From positions 558,001 through 622,000 of the forward strand of contig JASANG010002092.1 in the NCBI GenBank assembly GCA_030248215.1: a stretch of 64,000 nt of DNA, given 5' to 3'. A program made the position numbers and the translations under genes. This DNA comes from Enoplolaimus lenunculus. Its lineage: Eukaryota. The notes beneath the pieces are model-generated. The model had not been told where the DNA came from and did no database searches. It saw only the letters and a list, made by a program, of their open reading frames with translations. Shown piece by piece: positions 11,301 to 26,300 of this stretch; within the stretch, counting starts at the first letter, position 1; every line of letters begins with the position of its first letter.

Positions 11301-14300
11301 ACAGTGCCGCTACAGAATTAAAAATTTCCATAAGTAAGTATCACACACTTGCACAAGGCTAACACAGAACAAAAAATACCAGCGCATGGAATTGAAAAGC
11401 TGACCAGCACAGCAATCAAAGTGATACTCAACAAACTATTTAGGATTTTTTGGAATTTAAAAAGTTTCGAAGATCAAGCGTTACGATCAAATGCGCCTGA
11501 GTCTTAGCCATTGGTGGAGTATACAAGAGCCCATGTTTCTATGTTGTCATCAGGGTGCAACCGGAATTACAATTTACCGGAACCGGAACCGGAATTTGAA
11601 ATTTTACCGGAACCGGAACCGGAAAATGAAAAATGCATTTCACCAAAAATTTCATTTTAATCGTATTTTTTGCTCTATTATTTATGAAACAACCTTAGTC
11701 GAACACAGGTATTTATTTTATTTGTTGTATTTTAGATTTTCGTCGTCGACTGAAGTGAAATCCACCATCAACGGCTTATATTCTGAGTACAAGTGGCTTT
11801 CAAAAGAGATTCTTAAACGGCCAAATTATAACACCGGAATTTTTAAATCCGGTAAAAATTTACCGGAACCGGAACCGGAAGGTAAAAAAATGCCGGAACC
11901 GGAACCGGGACCGGAATTCCGGTTGCACCCTGGTTGTCATATAGATTCGATTTCGCTGGCGCAGCCTAACAAGAGTTTAGAGGAAACATTCCAAATCTTG
12001 TAAAACCTATAATATAAGGATTCGTTATTCATGTACGCAAGCGCGAAACATTTACAAGTTTGCGTAGTGAATGATACATTTTTTGATGACAAGACAATAA
12101 TACGCTGTCGAATAATTATACACATCGGCTCTTGTACGCTTTCCTAGCAGAATTTTCAAGATTTTGAGCAGATTGTGGCATAACTTAGGCTTGGGATTAG
12201 GCCCAGAATTATGATTCCTTGAGGCAGTGTGCAAAAACAAACATCTAATAACATTGGGCTGGGGTTACACCGTTCGCAGAAACTGGAGTTTAAAATTACC
12301 ATGTTTTGGGCCTTTACTACAGGAACTAACGGCTAATATTCTACATTCACTCTATCGCAGCTGCAAAACAGAAATGTTCGAAAACATGGATCAAGCATGA
12401 CCCTGTATATAAAACTTGAATCACCTCCGATCTCCGCTTGCTATTATTATATAGTTATGACTATAAACAGACAGCACAAAAAGCTTAGAACAACGGTGCA
12501 AAATAGAATCATTATTAACAAAATTCTACGTTCAGTTAATTTAAAATCTAGCACAAACAACTGGTTTTAATTGCAGTCATGTGTGACAATGGGTTTTACG
12601 ATCACGAAGCAATCACAACTTACATTAAATTGCCTTAAATTTACTAATTTCGCCAATCAATCTCTATATTATACGTATGGCACCATCGTAGCATATAGAC
12701 TAAAGCCCTATTCACACGTGCAAGTTTTCGCTGAGAGAACTTGCAGCTGCAAATTGTACGCATAACTTGCATTTTTCATCAGCCAATGAATGAGAAAGCG
12801 GCTGCAATAAATTCAGTGAACGTGCATGGTTGTTCATACATGTGAACTAAATTCCTAGCTATGATTTTTAATGAATTATTTGCAACTGCAAGTATTTCGA
12901 ACGGGATTTTGGACAAAACTTTTATGTGCAAATTGCAGCTGCAAGTTTTCGCAGCGAAAACTTGCACGTGTGAATAGTGCTTTACTAAATTTCGTTTACA
13001 GTTTCCTACATAATAGCAATCATAGCTACAAACACGAAAACTCAAAACCGGCTACAGAATCTGCTTTCCCGACAAGAAACGGCTTTTTCAGAATGAACCA
13101 ATTCCGGCGTTCCTTACAGGAAATGGTTTTTTAGAATGAACCAATTCCGGCGACCGGGAGATAATGCCCGTTTACAATAACTATGTCAACGGTGCCACAA
13201 TAACTCAGACAACCCAGTGCTATCATGAGTTGATTTTGAAAACGTTCTCAGCACAAACACACAAACACAAACACACAATGCAATTTAACACACAAACACA
13301 CAGATATCGCGTTAATCATTCTTGAGTTTTCGAAGTTTGAGTCTTAGACCCAAACTAAGACAAGTTTTGCAGCACGTTTAATTTTAAGAATTTTGAGGAA
13401 GTTTTTTTGTTAGTCCTTAAATTTAGTGGTACTTGTGTTATGACCATAAAAATATGTATAAGGTAAAATTTTATGATAGTCCTGGGCTATCGCGAGTTTC
13501 GACGAATTCGCTGACATCTGATAACCCTAAGCTATTATAAGAAAAATATTTTATAGACCGAGCTATCACCAGCTCGTTTTCAAATTAACACGTGTAGCCA
13601 CGGTCTATAAGAGTTTTTGTGGCACCGTCGACAAAATTATTGCGAACGGCGCATAGTTGAAGTTGTTGCATTACACAAACCTATTAGGCAAACAGGTGTC
13701 TAACCTATTGCGGAATTTAGTTTTGTATTCCCACGTGCAAAATAAAGGTACTATTGCAAAATTACAAGACAATTGCATGTAAGAAAGATTTACCATATCG
13801 TCACTTGTTGGCTGCTAAATAATACATAGCAAACAATACAAAGCGCATGTGCTTTCGAAAAAATGGAACGATTAGCAGAACCCCTAAAGTATGTAAGCCA
13901 CGATAGCTAGTCAATATAACGTTAATAAAATCTATCTTAATGTTAGATGTGTACGACCATTGAAAAGAGAGTTCCATATTTTTTACACGAAAACAACTTA
14001 AATACAGGTGAAAACGTAAACCGAAACAGCTTTATTTGTACATCTAACAAGGCAAGTGCAGTTTCAATTTCAAGCTGAACATCGGCATCCTTGTTTAAAA
14101 TTACCACAAATTATCTACCAACAGATTATTTTGTTGATTTAATACGGCTATTACACCATAACACAAGTTTAATATACCTATTGAATTGTGGTTTATATTG
14201 CAAATTGCTGCTTTCTGCCAAACATTTGTATACCTTTGTTCTGTATCATTGGCAATCCTTATTTTGCAATTTTGCCGATGCTGATACCAATGTCGATACC

Positions 14301-17300
14301 AATTTGAATACATAAAGCTCAATGAGCTGATATGCTGGCTATATTTTACTGTTTATATTACAAACGCGAAGTCTTGCAGCCGAAGAACTATAAACTGCTG
14401 TAATACCATGGAACGGCCGCCATATCATGATCAGACGCACTGCTATTACATGCAAATAAGTCAGATTGAAAACATTTTAACTTACTGCAAGTGCAATAAC
14501 TATCGACAAAGAATACTACCATATTTTGCAATGCCGATGTCAACACTCATGAAAAGATCGTATTCTTACAAAATAGTGATACTGTCTATTCTAGCCGATA
14601 GCGATGCCGATCAATGGTACACCCATAAAATTATGCTCAAGCTCAAGTGTTATAAAAAATTATTATTCAAAGATTAACTCACCGGCGTATCATTTTCCGG
14701 CTCGACTGCTACGTTCACAACTGTAAGCTTCAACTCATTTCGTTTCTTCCTTCTCTTTTTGGTGCGCTCTCTTTCTCCGCTGACGCCGCTCGCAGCAGAA
14801 GATTCAGACGGGACACTGGCAGCCGCTGTTCCTGTAGCGTTCGCACCAGCCTGAGGTACATCATCGACGCCACTAAAAGCAACACGGATTGTATCCGCAT
14901 CATGTTGGAAAAGAATTTTTATGAAACACGTGCCGCGTGGCGTCGGAGGCCGCCTCGACGCTCATCAACATTTACTTTTATTCGTGATACTCGGTGTCAA
15001 GCCGCGAAGGGCATGACCAAACAAAATTATAGCGCAGCCCCAAATGGTACATTTAATCGGCTATCAAATGTCATATCAGCGGCATCTTTAAGATGTAACT
15101 ACAGCCGAATATCCAGAAAACGCAGGTAACTCAAATTAACCAATACACTCACCATTAAAACCCTGTACAAAACGATCTATGTTTGAAACACTCTTTTGAA
15201 TGAAACTTTCATGTCGGTAACACGTTTATTACTGAGCTTCAGAGCATCACCAAGTGTTTTGACATATGAATGTGGGAGTATATCAGCCACAAGAAATCTG
15301 TCTGCTACTAAGTTTTCCATCGAATCAAACTCATTTTCAAAGTGCAAGGTACTCGATTAGATTGTTTTCTCCTCATCGAATTTTAACTACTCAGCAATTA
15401 GAGAAAATATATCTTCAATACGGGCAGCCACTATATTTGAAAAAGCAAAACGAAATCTAAGATTCAAATCATGTACAACTTACATTTCAGATCCTGTCAG
15501 CATACCAGCTTTATTTTCTGCAGCTATGCTGCTAGCTGAAATCAGATACACTTTAAAAACTACCAAGTTCAGTGCTATGTATGTGGCTATAACTACGCCA
15601 CTGAACACATTACATTCTTTTATTTACATTGAAAATTGTGAAACAAAGATGGTAAAGTTGACACAGCCACATGTACAAGCGAAATAGTATGCAGCCACTA
15701 TTAATTCTATCAGACCAGGAGTGAACTGCACAAAAATTAACGAGTAATAACAACCAGCTTACTTTGTATGATATAAGTTTGACAGTTTATGCCTTCAATA
15801 CATCAGAACATAAAAATTAAAACAAACTTCAACAGAATTGGCATTTTTCAAGCATACTTGAGCTACATCCAACAAACTTAAAGTACTTACCGCTGGAACC
15901 TTGCTGAGCGCCAACAGGTGCCTAAAACAACGTTAGAATATGCCATCGTCGGTTACCTTGTAACCAGGTTTGCATAGGTGCTATTCATTTCACAAACTGA
16001 AAAATTCATATATTCTGCTCAGAAAATATTAGCATCCAAAACGAGTATGCGTGGTTCGACAACACACACGAAACTGAAACTAGTTACGAGATTATTCACA
16101 CTTACTTCTTCATTTTCTTCATTTAATAGCAGTTGAGCGAACTCACGTTACGCATTACCTTTCAACAATACAGTATATGTAGAGAGGTAAACGACTAACG
16201 CAACCTACTACCTGTTGTTGAGTTGCCACATTTCCCAACAGAACGTCATGTGATTTCTGTTGCAACTGTTGTTTGTGCTGTTGGTGTTCCAATTCGCCTT
16301 CTTTCTGTGCTCGTTCTTCGGCCTTTTTTGCTTTCATTTGTTCCTAAAATACAAATTACACATTATCAAAGGTAAAAATGAAATCTGCTGAATTCTATAC
16401 TCTGAAAAAAATTTCACACTGCAAAATTACTTTTAAAGCTGCGACACTATGTCGAGAGGCCGAAAAAAGCACTAAGTTTTTGATACAACCTAAAGCGAAA
16501 CATTTTTTGAGATACTTTCAAGACGTTTTTAAACCCTTGTTACACATAAATTGAATAGTATACGGAGTCCAACCAAACTCGGAAACACACAAAAACTTTA
16601 CTTTCAGTTCTTGGAGTTCCTGATCTTCCTTTTGTTTTGCTTCGGCTTCTTCCATTCGTCTTTTTTCGCGTGAATTCACGTCTCGATCTTTGATTAATTG
16701 AGCAATACGATCAGAAACAAGTTTCGCTATTGTATGCATATCGCCCTCCGGGATCATTTGCTGTGCCACCTAAACAGCCCACCAAAATTAAGCAACAAAA
16801 CTACGATGTAGTAACTTCGAAAGCATAATAAAAATTGCATGGTTTAGTTCTAAAGCTAACTTTAATCAATTCAACCGGCACAGACCCTTTCGATGACCAA
16901 CATCACAGAGATGGGTACCATTGACTAATGCATTCGCAAAATTATTACTTTAATCAGTTACGTCCGCGTAATTTTCGTAGATAGTGAACTGTTTTAAAGT
17001 TTCTAATTAGTTCTAATTCCGACTAGTCTTCCTGCACTAGTTCAGAAGATCTTTCAAACTCTGGTCTTATTGGGACCATGCCTGAATACGGGACCAAATA
17101 GCAATTTTTGCCTGATGTTAAACCGGAATCAGAAATGTGATCGTATTTCAGTCGCAACAAACCTGGAATCACTTGCATTATTCAGCTATAATTGGTTTCA
17201 ATAAAACGCGTACACAGTAATTCGCAAAACATCTTACCATTTCTTTGACTACTTCTTCTGGCTTGTCTTCAAACAAGTTAAACGTGAACTGAATCGCTTC

Positions 17301-20300
17301 GTTTTCTTGAATTTGCTTATAATCTTTGCGCTTTTTGTCATCAAGCACACGAAGCATTAATTGAAGCTAAAATAATTTGTTCGACAGTTACATAAAGCTG
17401 TTGTTTGACAATACATCAACACTTTTAACATGATTCTAACAAACTGAATTGCTCCAGATCACTGTGAAACTGTCGATGAATTAAGTTACGCACCACAAAT
17501 CATGTTAATTTCTGTTGCTGTAACTTATTCTATCGCAGTTCGTATTGAGTATATATACGTTTACTAATGCTGGTTTGAAAAATTAAACATGGCTCAGTAA
17601 AACTAGAGTTGCAAAATTTGCAAATAAAGACCCTAATCCAGAATCTCATAAAGCAAAAACTCGCATCTGGACCAGGAAATTTATGAAGTCAAAGCCCGGA
17701 CCCCACCAGGACCCACACCCGAAATTTCTCAAAGCCAAGACCTAGAGTCAAAATAATCATGAACTTGCCGTAAAAATTTATGAAATACAACTCATAAAGT
17801 GTTCAAGACAAAACCGTTAAATGAGATTATTGTCCTTATATTACTTCTTGCCGCATTGCTAGACTTACATTACATCAGCGCTGCAAAATTATAATTGTTT
17901 GGCAAGGGGCGTAGCCATAGGCAGAAAAGTAAGGGTCAAAGGCCTGGGTAAAATATATGCTGAGTCCTGAGTCTGGGTAACCAAATTGTGAATCCAGAAG
18001 TTTCCGACAGGGATAACTTATATACACATTAAAACGAGGCCCCGAAAGTATTTCCCGTTTGCCTTAAGGTAGATCGAGTTTTTACTGTCGGTTTGTTTAG
18101 TTTGTTCTGACCGTATCAAGATTAAATTGATACAGAAACATAAACTAAGCCCAAAAAGTAGGGTTAACATAATAGTTGATGGACACACCATGTCCTAAAT
18201 GTGACGGTCAGGCACCCCCTCTCTTCCAGTGGTTACACCAATGCTGTGTGCCAGTGACAGATCTAGGATTGCACGGTGGGGAGATCCAGCGAACGAGAAG
18301 TAGTACGTAATGACGTGTAGGTAGCACCGAGTTATTCGACTTTTACAAATCTCTGAGAGAAATAATGAAGGAAAGAGAACTCGTGAGCGAGAAACCAGGC
18401 GCAATTTTGGCGTACTCAAGATGCAAATTTGTAATTTTGCATACCTCCGGTGGGGAATAGACGTAGATCTGCTTTTGTGGGACCGCTAAAGACGACATCG
18501 ATAAATTATGCATTCGTTATCGTTTTCTACCTTTGCGCAAACGCGACGCCCCTCAGAGTGTAAAGAGCATTATTACCAGCTCAAATATCATACATATATG
18601 TATCTATGAAATATATTAAAACAGCGAGCGGGAATCAACAACAAAATTTTATGTTTTATTCCAGCACAAAATTTCAGTTTGGTAAGCGACCGTTTGGATA
18701 AATACTTTGGTAATAAATCATTTTAGTCCAAGTGTTTTGGCAATACTCAAACAAAACCCGAACCCGGAACTTTTCTTCGGTGAAAATACATGTAGTAACA
18801 GGAGGACCCGGATGCAACTCTAGTGAAAACATTTTTTATTCGTGGGGGTCTTAACTGAAAGTTTTTCCATATAGTTAAATGTCAGCTTTCGCTTCAAGGA
18901 GTTGCATCGTTTCAGGGTGCCACCGGAATTCCGATTCCGAATAGAATTCCTATTCAAAACGATTTCCTATTCTTATTGCACAATCAATCGGAATCGAAAT
19001 TTTGAAATTTTAATTTTAATTCTATTTGTTGTGTTATGTTGCATAAGAATTCTCTATCATTTATGTATTAAACTGCTTTCGATCAGTTAACTTATCAATA
19101 ATAGATTGTAGTGTAGATAGATTTACAGAACCAAAAATCATCGCCATTTGTTCATGCACCGTTTTTGAAAATCGTTGCTAGCCAACAGACACCCTAAATC
19201 AATATTATATTGGTCATCTCCGTACAGTCACAAAACTTTTAGTTCCGATTTTGATTCGATTCCGGTATAAATTTGCTGTTCCGATTCCGATACCGGTGTA
19301 ATCTAGTTTTGCTTTGCAGCCTGCATCGTTTATCCCCAATAACCTGGTGGAGGAAGCACAAAACACAGCGTTCGACGGTACAAACGCTGCCACAAACTAA
19401 CCGAAGCTGAATTGCTCGAAATCATTTCTTCTTTGTCTTTGAGCTCAATTCGTAACCCGATTAATTCTTCAGGCATGAAAAAGTCGTGGATAAGCAATTC
19501 TTTCATTGTGTATCTTAAAAACGCAAAGCACCACACTCAATATAACTGAATGTGCAACATTAATTTAGCATAACGTTTGCTGACGAAGAATGCGTGTCCC
19601 TCCTAAAAATAAAATAGAAACAAAAAATTGCAGGCGAATATCTATCTGTAAATGTCTGATCGTGTAAGTCACCCAATTCTAGACGAAGTAATCAGTAAGC
19701 ACTACGTAAACGCAAGGTCTTGATACCGAAGGAAAGACAGTGAACACTACAATTTGTTACACTTCTGCGATAAACTCAAAAATAAAATCAGTGCACATAC
19801 AAAATCAAAATCCCTGCTCGAGAATACAGCTGGAAAAAGTACTGATGCATAACTGCAGTTTTTAAGAATAAATTAAACAGCTTTTTCTCTTTCCTGTTAT
19901 GCTGCATTCTAGTGGGTCAAATTAAATGCTTCACCCATCACTGAAAATTAATATTAATAAAACGCTAAAACGCAATTGAAAATTTAGTATAACTACAACG
20001 AACGCCCTGCACTTTCTTCCACTGCCGCCGTCAGTTAGAATAAAATTACCTTTCTTCTTTACGCAAACTTGTACAACGGTGTATAATCTCTTTAATCGCA
20101 GGATATTCAGCTGGAATTTTCTCAAAGCATTGCGGTTTGATACCCTGACAAGCAAATAATCAAGGTGCAAACATTACGATTATTATAAGACAGAGATAGC
20201 ATTGTGATTCCAACAATTTTCAATTTACTGAAGATGCATTTTTTGCGCAAACTACACCATTGCAACAAAACATTTTGCAGTACCGAAATGTGTTTAGAAA

Positions 20301-23300
20301 GGATTTTGGAAAGAGATGGTCTTACAAAATTTTCGTAAGGAAGTTCTTGTGTTACGTACTAAAAATGCTTAAAATCATGGGACAGATATTTCACAGAAGC
20401 AGTGATTAGCATAATATAATTTCCACGATTTCTAAAAAGCTGAGGAATGAAAAGTACACGAAATAATAAACCATTATTAAATCAATGTTTCAACCTTAAA
20501 GTCGATGACCTGCTGCTACAATGCTCTTAAAAATAGAGAAAATTAAAGCTCTAAAGCCCTATTCACACGTGAAAGTTTTTGCGGCAGCAATTTGCACGTG
20601 GACCTTGCATTGTCGATGTGCGGCTACAAAACAACTTTGAGTTTTTTGCAACTGCACATTATTCACTGGATATCATGCTACCAATGTTAATTCACATGTA
20701 TGAACGCAGTTGCAAGTCCCTTGAACTTCGTGCACCCGCACATTGACTGGCCCATCAGACGACATATTGTGGTGTACTTCTGAATCAATTCACACTTTTT
20801 GAGTTCATTCAAGAAGTTTGAATTAATTCCAATATCAAACCTGTTTGATATTTCGCAGTTTACGCGAAGCTGACTCAACAAGTTTTGCATCTATTAAGTA
20901 CTAAACAGAAGAATGTTTTGAAAGCGGTTCGAAGTCAAAAAAATTCAAGTAAAGTCTTATTTACGCATCAATATTTCTTGCACCTAAACCTTGCAGCAGC
21001 AAGTTTCTTGAAAAATTCATTCCAAGAACTTGCGATGCATTGATTCATGTTGGATATACATAAAGAATTAATTCATAGTTATAAATAGCTTTGCAAGTCA
21101 AATTGAATAGCTTTGCAAGTCAAATAAATTCAATACTCTTTGCTGAACTGTTAATTTACAGCTTATGCTTGATATTTATTGCAGTCGTCAGCAAATTACT
21201 CATAAATTTATGTCCGATTTAGAATGAAAGTGACATTTCTATGAGTAGGGCTTAATAAAGTGAACGTTAAATAAAACTTAGAATGCGTACTTACTCCAGT
21301 GACTTTTTTGTATATTTGAGCAGGAAACTGGCACTCTGAATATGGATATTCACCCGTAATCATTTCAAGCATGCACATGCCGAATGCATACACGTCCACG
21401 CTTTCGTCGTAACATTCTTCGTACATTTCTGGTGCCATAAATTCAGGTGTACCTAAAACAGTCGATTTGCAAACAAAATTATGTGAAATCAAAAATATAA
21501 TACATATTAAAAAACCCCCAACCAATATTCTGTAAACGACCAATTTACTTGCATTAATTGTATTTCAAATCAGGACTAGATTCCTGCATCTCTGGTATCT
21601 CTCTTATGATTTTTATGTTGGTTTCGCACCAGCTTCAACCTGGGAGCAACTGAGAGTCTAAGCCATTTCCCAGATTCAGCCTTATTTTTACACCATATAC
21701 ACTAGTGCTAAGTGCAACAATTTCATGTTCTCTACCCCCCTCTAAAAAGCAGACTGCAAATGGTGGCATTAGCTGTGTGAGTAAAGCCCTCCACCACAAA
21801 CTAGGTTTTCAAGATCACTAACCAATAACGCTTTTAGCAAACGATTTGTTTTTGAGTGTCGCAAGCCCGAGATCACCAATCTTGACCGATCCAGTCGGAC
21901 CAGTGATGAAAATGTTGTCGCATTTGAGATCGCGATGAATAACTGGTGGATTACGCGAATGCAGAAACGCGAGTCCTTTTAAGATCTGGCGGCACCACGA
22001 CTTTAGAACTCGTATGTTTATCTTTTTGAAACGTTTCAAATACCTGATAATAACAATTCTGCCAGGGTGAACAACATATCTCCATAGCAGGGTGCAACTG
22101 GAATTACAATTTACCGGAACCGGAATCTGAAAAAATTACCGGAAATGGAACCGGAAAATGAAAAATACATACAACCGAAAAATTAATTTCAATTTTCTTT
22201 TTTGCAATATTATTGATGAAACAACCCTAGTTGAAGATAGATATTCACTTTATCTGCTGTATTTTAGATTTTCTTTACCCACGGAAGCGAAATGTTCCTT
22301 CGATGGTTTATTTTCGGCGATTGTCAAGGTTTGCATACTATACTAATGAAATATGTTTAATTTTTATGGTCATTTTTTAGTAAAATATCTTAATTTGCGC
22401 CGACCAAATTTTAACACCGGAATTTTTAATTCCGGTAAAAATTTACCGGAACCGGAAGGTAAAAAAATGCCGGAACCGGAATTCCGGTTGCGCCCTGCTC
22501 CACACACTACAATTCAATAACACCCATTTTCAGCACATCTAACTAAAACCATCAACAACGCAAAAACACAAGATGGTACAGCTCTCAACCCGAGCTACAC
22601 AAAACTTGACATAACTGCTAGACTTTATCTTCGTAATCCCAAATCAGTCTTTAACAGCGGAAACCAAAATTGAATGCATCAGCATAACTTTCCCACCAGC
22701 ACCTATCCGGGAGGCATCCCACTGTACAAAATAGAGCGGTTTAGATAGATAAGTATCCAGAAATAAAATGAAACAATAATTCTAGGTAAAAGATTGGTTT
22801 AGCGTAAAAATTATAACGCGATTCTTACAGCTTCAGCGTGCCAGATGTCATCAGTTCGGTACAAAGTACGATGTACTTCTTTTTCCTCGAGACTTCCCAA
22901 TAATCATAAAAGCGAACAATGTTCGGATGCTGAAGTGTCTTGAGCATTTCGGCTTCTTCACGAAAACGCTGCCGCTCAACTTTACTCAGTTTACTTTCCT
23001 GTAACACACTTCAATGATTAACGTGAACACTACGTATTTTTCATTCCGCAAGACTGAAATAAATTGTTTCCATATTGCATACTCATCAGCACAACAACTG
23101 TCAAAAAACACGTCACATCCAACAAACATATCATGGAGATGTACGTAGGGACCTGGTGTCCGATATTGTGTGTGAACTATACTTGGTACAAGCCCTCCAA
23201 CGGTCAGTTTTACTTAATTACTTTTCCGTTCTAAACAAACCCCAATGAATCTCGTTAACACATACGTATTTTTCATCCCGCTAGACTGTGAAATAAAAGT

Positions 23301-26300
23301 GTTTTGATCTCCCAAAATCATCAGCGCAAGGGCCAAAAACAATACCATATCAGACAAGCGAACTATGCTACTATGCATATCTGCGTAAGAACCCCTGATC
23401 AATCGCTTCTGAGGATTAGGAACCCGCACTTGGCAACTTAATTGGCAACCAGGTGAAGTTCTACACCAATCGAGGTATTACCTTCCAGTTCTGCATTTTT
23501 AAGTCTTAAGAACAATAGTATTTGTAAGCTGCAAACTCATTTTTGTTTTATTTTTACCTACAATGCACTCTGATAAATGATTTCAGTATCTCTGCAGAGG
23601 AACTATAACTTAAATTAGTCAATAAAAGCTATTTATGCTACCGAATTCTATTATACTTCTTGCAATCCAATAATATTTTGTTTTTAATATATTCAGAACA
23701 GGCGTGAACCGGCCATCTGAAGAACCGACCAACCGTCCCATGAGCCAGTTGGAATTTGATTCACGTAGCAAGCTTAGTTGTCATTTTTCTAAACGGTCAA
23801 TGGTGGATCGGTTTACAGAAATAAAACTGCCATGTCCACTTTTATCGGCAGCCAGCCCAGTAAGTCAAAATGTCACCGGTGTTATAATAGTGTCACTCCA
23901 ATCCGGTTTCAGACTGCAATACCTGTAATTCACACCAAGCAATGGCAACGCCAGTTTCAGTGTCCAATCCACGATAGACGGTTTTGAACGACCCTCGGCC
24001 AAGTTCTTCATTGAATTTCAGAAATCGACCATCAGGGGAGCGGTCAACCGGTGTCCCATCGACTTCATCTTCATCGTCGACTCTGGTATCATCATCTGTC
24101 ACCGCCACCACAGATGAAGAACCGACTTCATCAAATGAGTTGGTCGCTGTTGCACGTGATGGAGTCGACAACTCACGATGTGCAGATGCAGTAATTGGCA
24201 TTTGCCGCTGTTCTAAAATTTAGAACAACGAAATCATTTGAATTGAAGAAATTGAAACAACGAACACAATCTCAACAGCGAACACAATCTCCGAGTACCG
24301 TGGACAAGTTCATTACGGAATTAAAAGTAAATATTAATAGAAAAAATGCAGACTTACACGGCTAAATTAGTTGCCGCTGCCCTACAATAATTATCACAAA
24401 ATGCATTAAAGAGGTGTGAAACATCAGAGCCGTTTGCGGGACTTGAGAAAATATTACAGTGTTGTTATGATGAATCTGGGTAAATAAACATAAGCTGGAA
24501 CTGAAAGTTGTTATGGCGGTGACTGGCAAGGTACAACCGCACCTAGAAGTCAGGGGCAGGGTGCAACCGGAATTCCGGTTCCGGTTCCGGCATTTTTTCA
24601 CCTTCCGGTTCCGGTTCCGGTAAATTTTTACCGGATTTAAAAATTCCGGTGTTATAATTTGGCCGTTTTCTTAACTTTGCTAATTTTTAAGAATCTCTTT
24701 TGAAAGCCACTTGTACTCCAAATATAAGCCAATGATGGTGGATTTCACTTCAGTCGACGACGAAAATCTAAAATACAACACATAAAATAAATACCTATGT
24801 TCGACTAAGGTTATTTCACAAATAATAGAGCAAAAAATAAGAATAAAATGAAATTTTTTGTGAAATGCATTTTTCACTTTCCGGTTCCGTTTCCGGTTCC
24901 GGTAAAATTTTCAAATTCCGGTTCCGGTTCCGGTAAATTGTAATTCCGGTTGCACCCTGGTCAGGGGTCGACCGGATATTAATTTTACCGCATACCGGAA
25001 CCGGATAGTAAATTTTGTACCGGAACCGGAGCCGGATGTTAACCGGATATAGGATCTAAATTTGTATACTGTTGGAAGTATTTGAGTCGTGCAAAAATAT
25101 GTTTTTATGGGTTTACGAATAATTTTTGGTTTGGATTTTTCATTCCAAGTCAGTGTCCATTTCTGAATCGCTCGGAATTGCAGTCGCTTCAAAATATTTA
25201 GTATTTTGACGTGCAAAAAATAGTTTTATGGTATTTGAAATTGAAACCACAACCACAAATATTCGGTATCCGGTAGGTATTTGGCGGATACTGTCGGAAT
25301 TTTTAGAAACCCTAAAACCAATTTTTTGGCAACACTTTACGAATGAACCGTTACGTTACCTACCCAATTTAGTTTCATCTCTCACTTCGGCAAATTCTGC
25401 ATACCTGCGGCTCCGATATTTTTCGCCTTCAGTTGCACCCAGATTATTGGTGGTGCATCAATATGGAAAACAAAAATTTCGGTGACGTGCTCAACAGGTC
25501 AACGCTCACAATACAATGAAACACATGAACCAAACTAGGACAAAGGAACATCCTTACGATCCTCACTCACCATACAGTTCTCCATCCAGACAAGCTTCAC
25601 CGGTAGTACCAGCTAAAGCTTCAGCTACGCCTCCCGCGATGCTAATGTCATCTGACACTTTAGTTAGATCCGCTGTAGCGCTAATCGCCGCGGTTGCCGA
25701 TTTTGCGCTGCTAACATCAGCTTTTGGTGCTGCTGATCCTTTGCTGTGCCCCGATTCCGATATACCGCTTGCAGTAGACGACGTTCCGGCGCCCGATCCA
25801 ATTTTTGCCGTTGTCGTTGATGAAATCGGCACCCCGGGCGACAAATTTGATTTACAAAAGTTTTCATCTGCGCCTAAAACACAATTACTTGGAAATAATC
25901 TCGTGTGTTATTATAATAGTTTTTCAGTCCATCATAAACGGTATACGGAATAGCTAGAGTAATCATAAGCAAAAACAACCTAATTATACGCAAAACAACA
26001 TCTGCATGTATGTTACGTAGAATATATAAGTATTTAAGGTTGCGTGAAAACGTCATTTTGCACTAAATGCAATGAATAATACAATTGGCGGTTAGCAAAG
26101 CAGCCATATACATTGCCATTGGAGTGTTGACAAAATATGCTTGCTTTAGTTTCAGGTATTAGCATTTATCCTGTCAATGAAATGGTTTTATTGTCTTTGA
26201 AACAACGTGCGCACGGAATTCTAGTTGACTGATTGACTGAGCAGATATATACCTTGTTCAAACCTAGACAAACTCAAACCGTATGAAAACTACAGCAGTA

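Noticed and set aside
11491..12003. 170-aa ORF with RNRNRN/PEPEPE
   Set aside because: It is a translation of the (ccggaa)n MITE and shows no transposase motifs.
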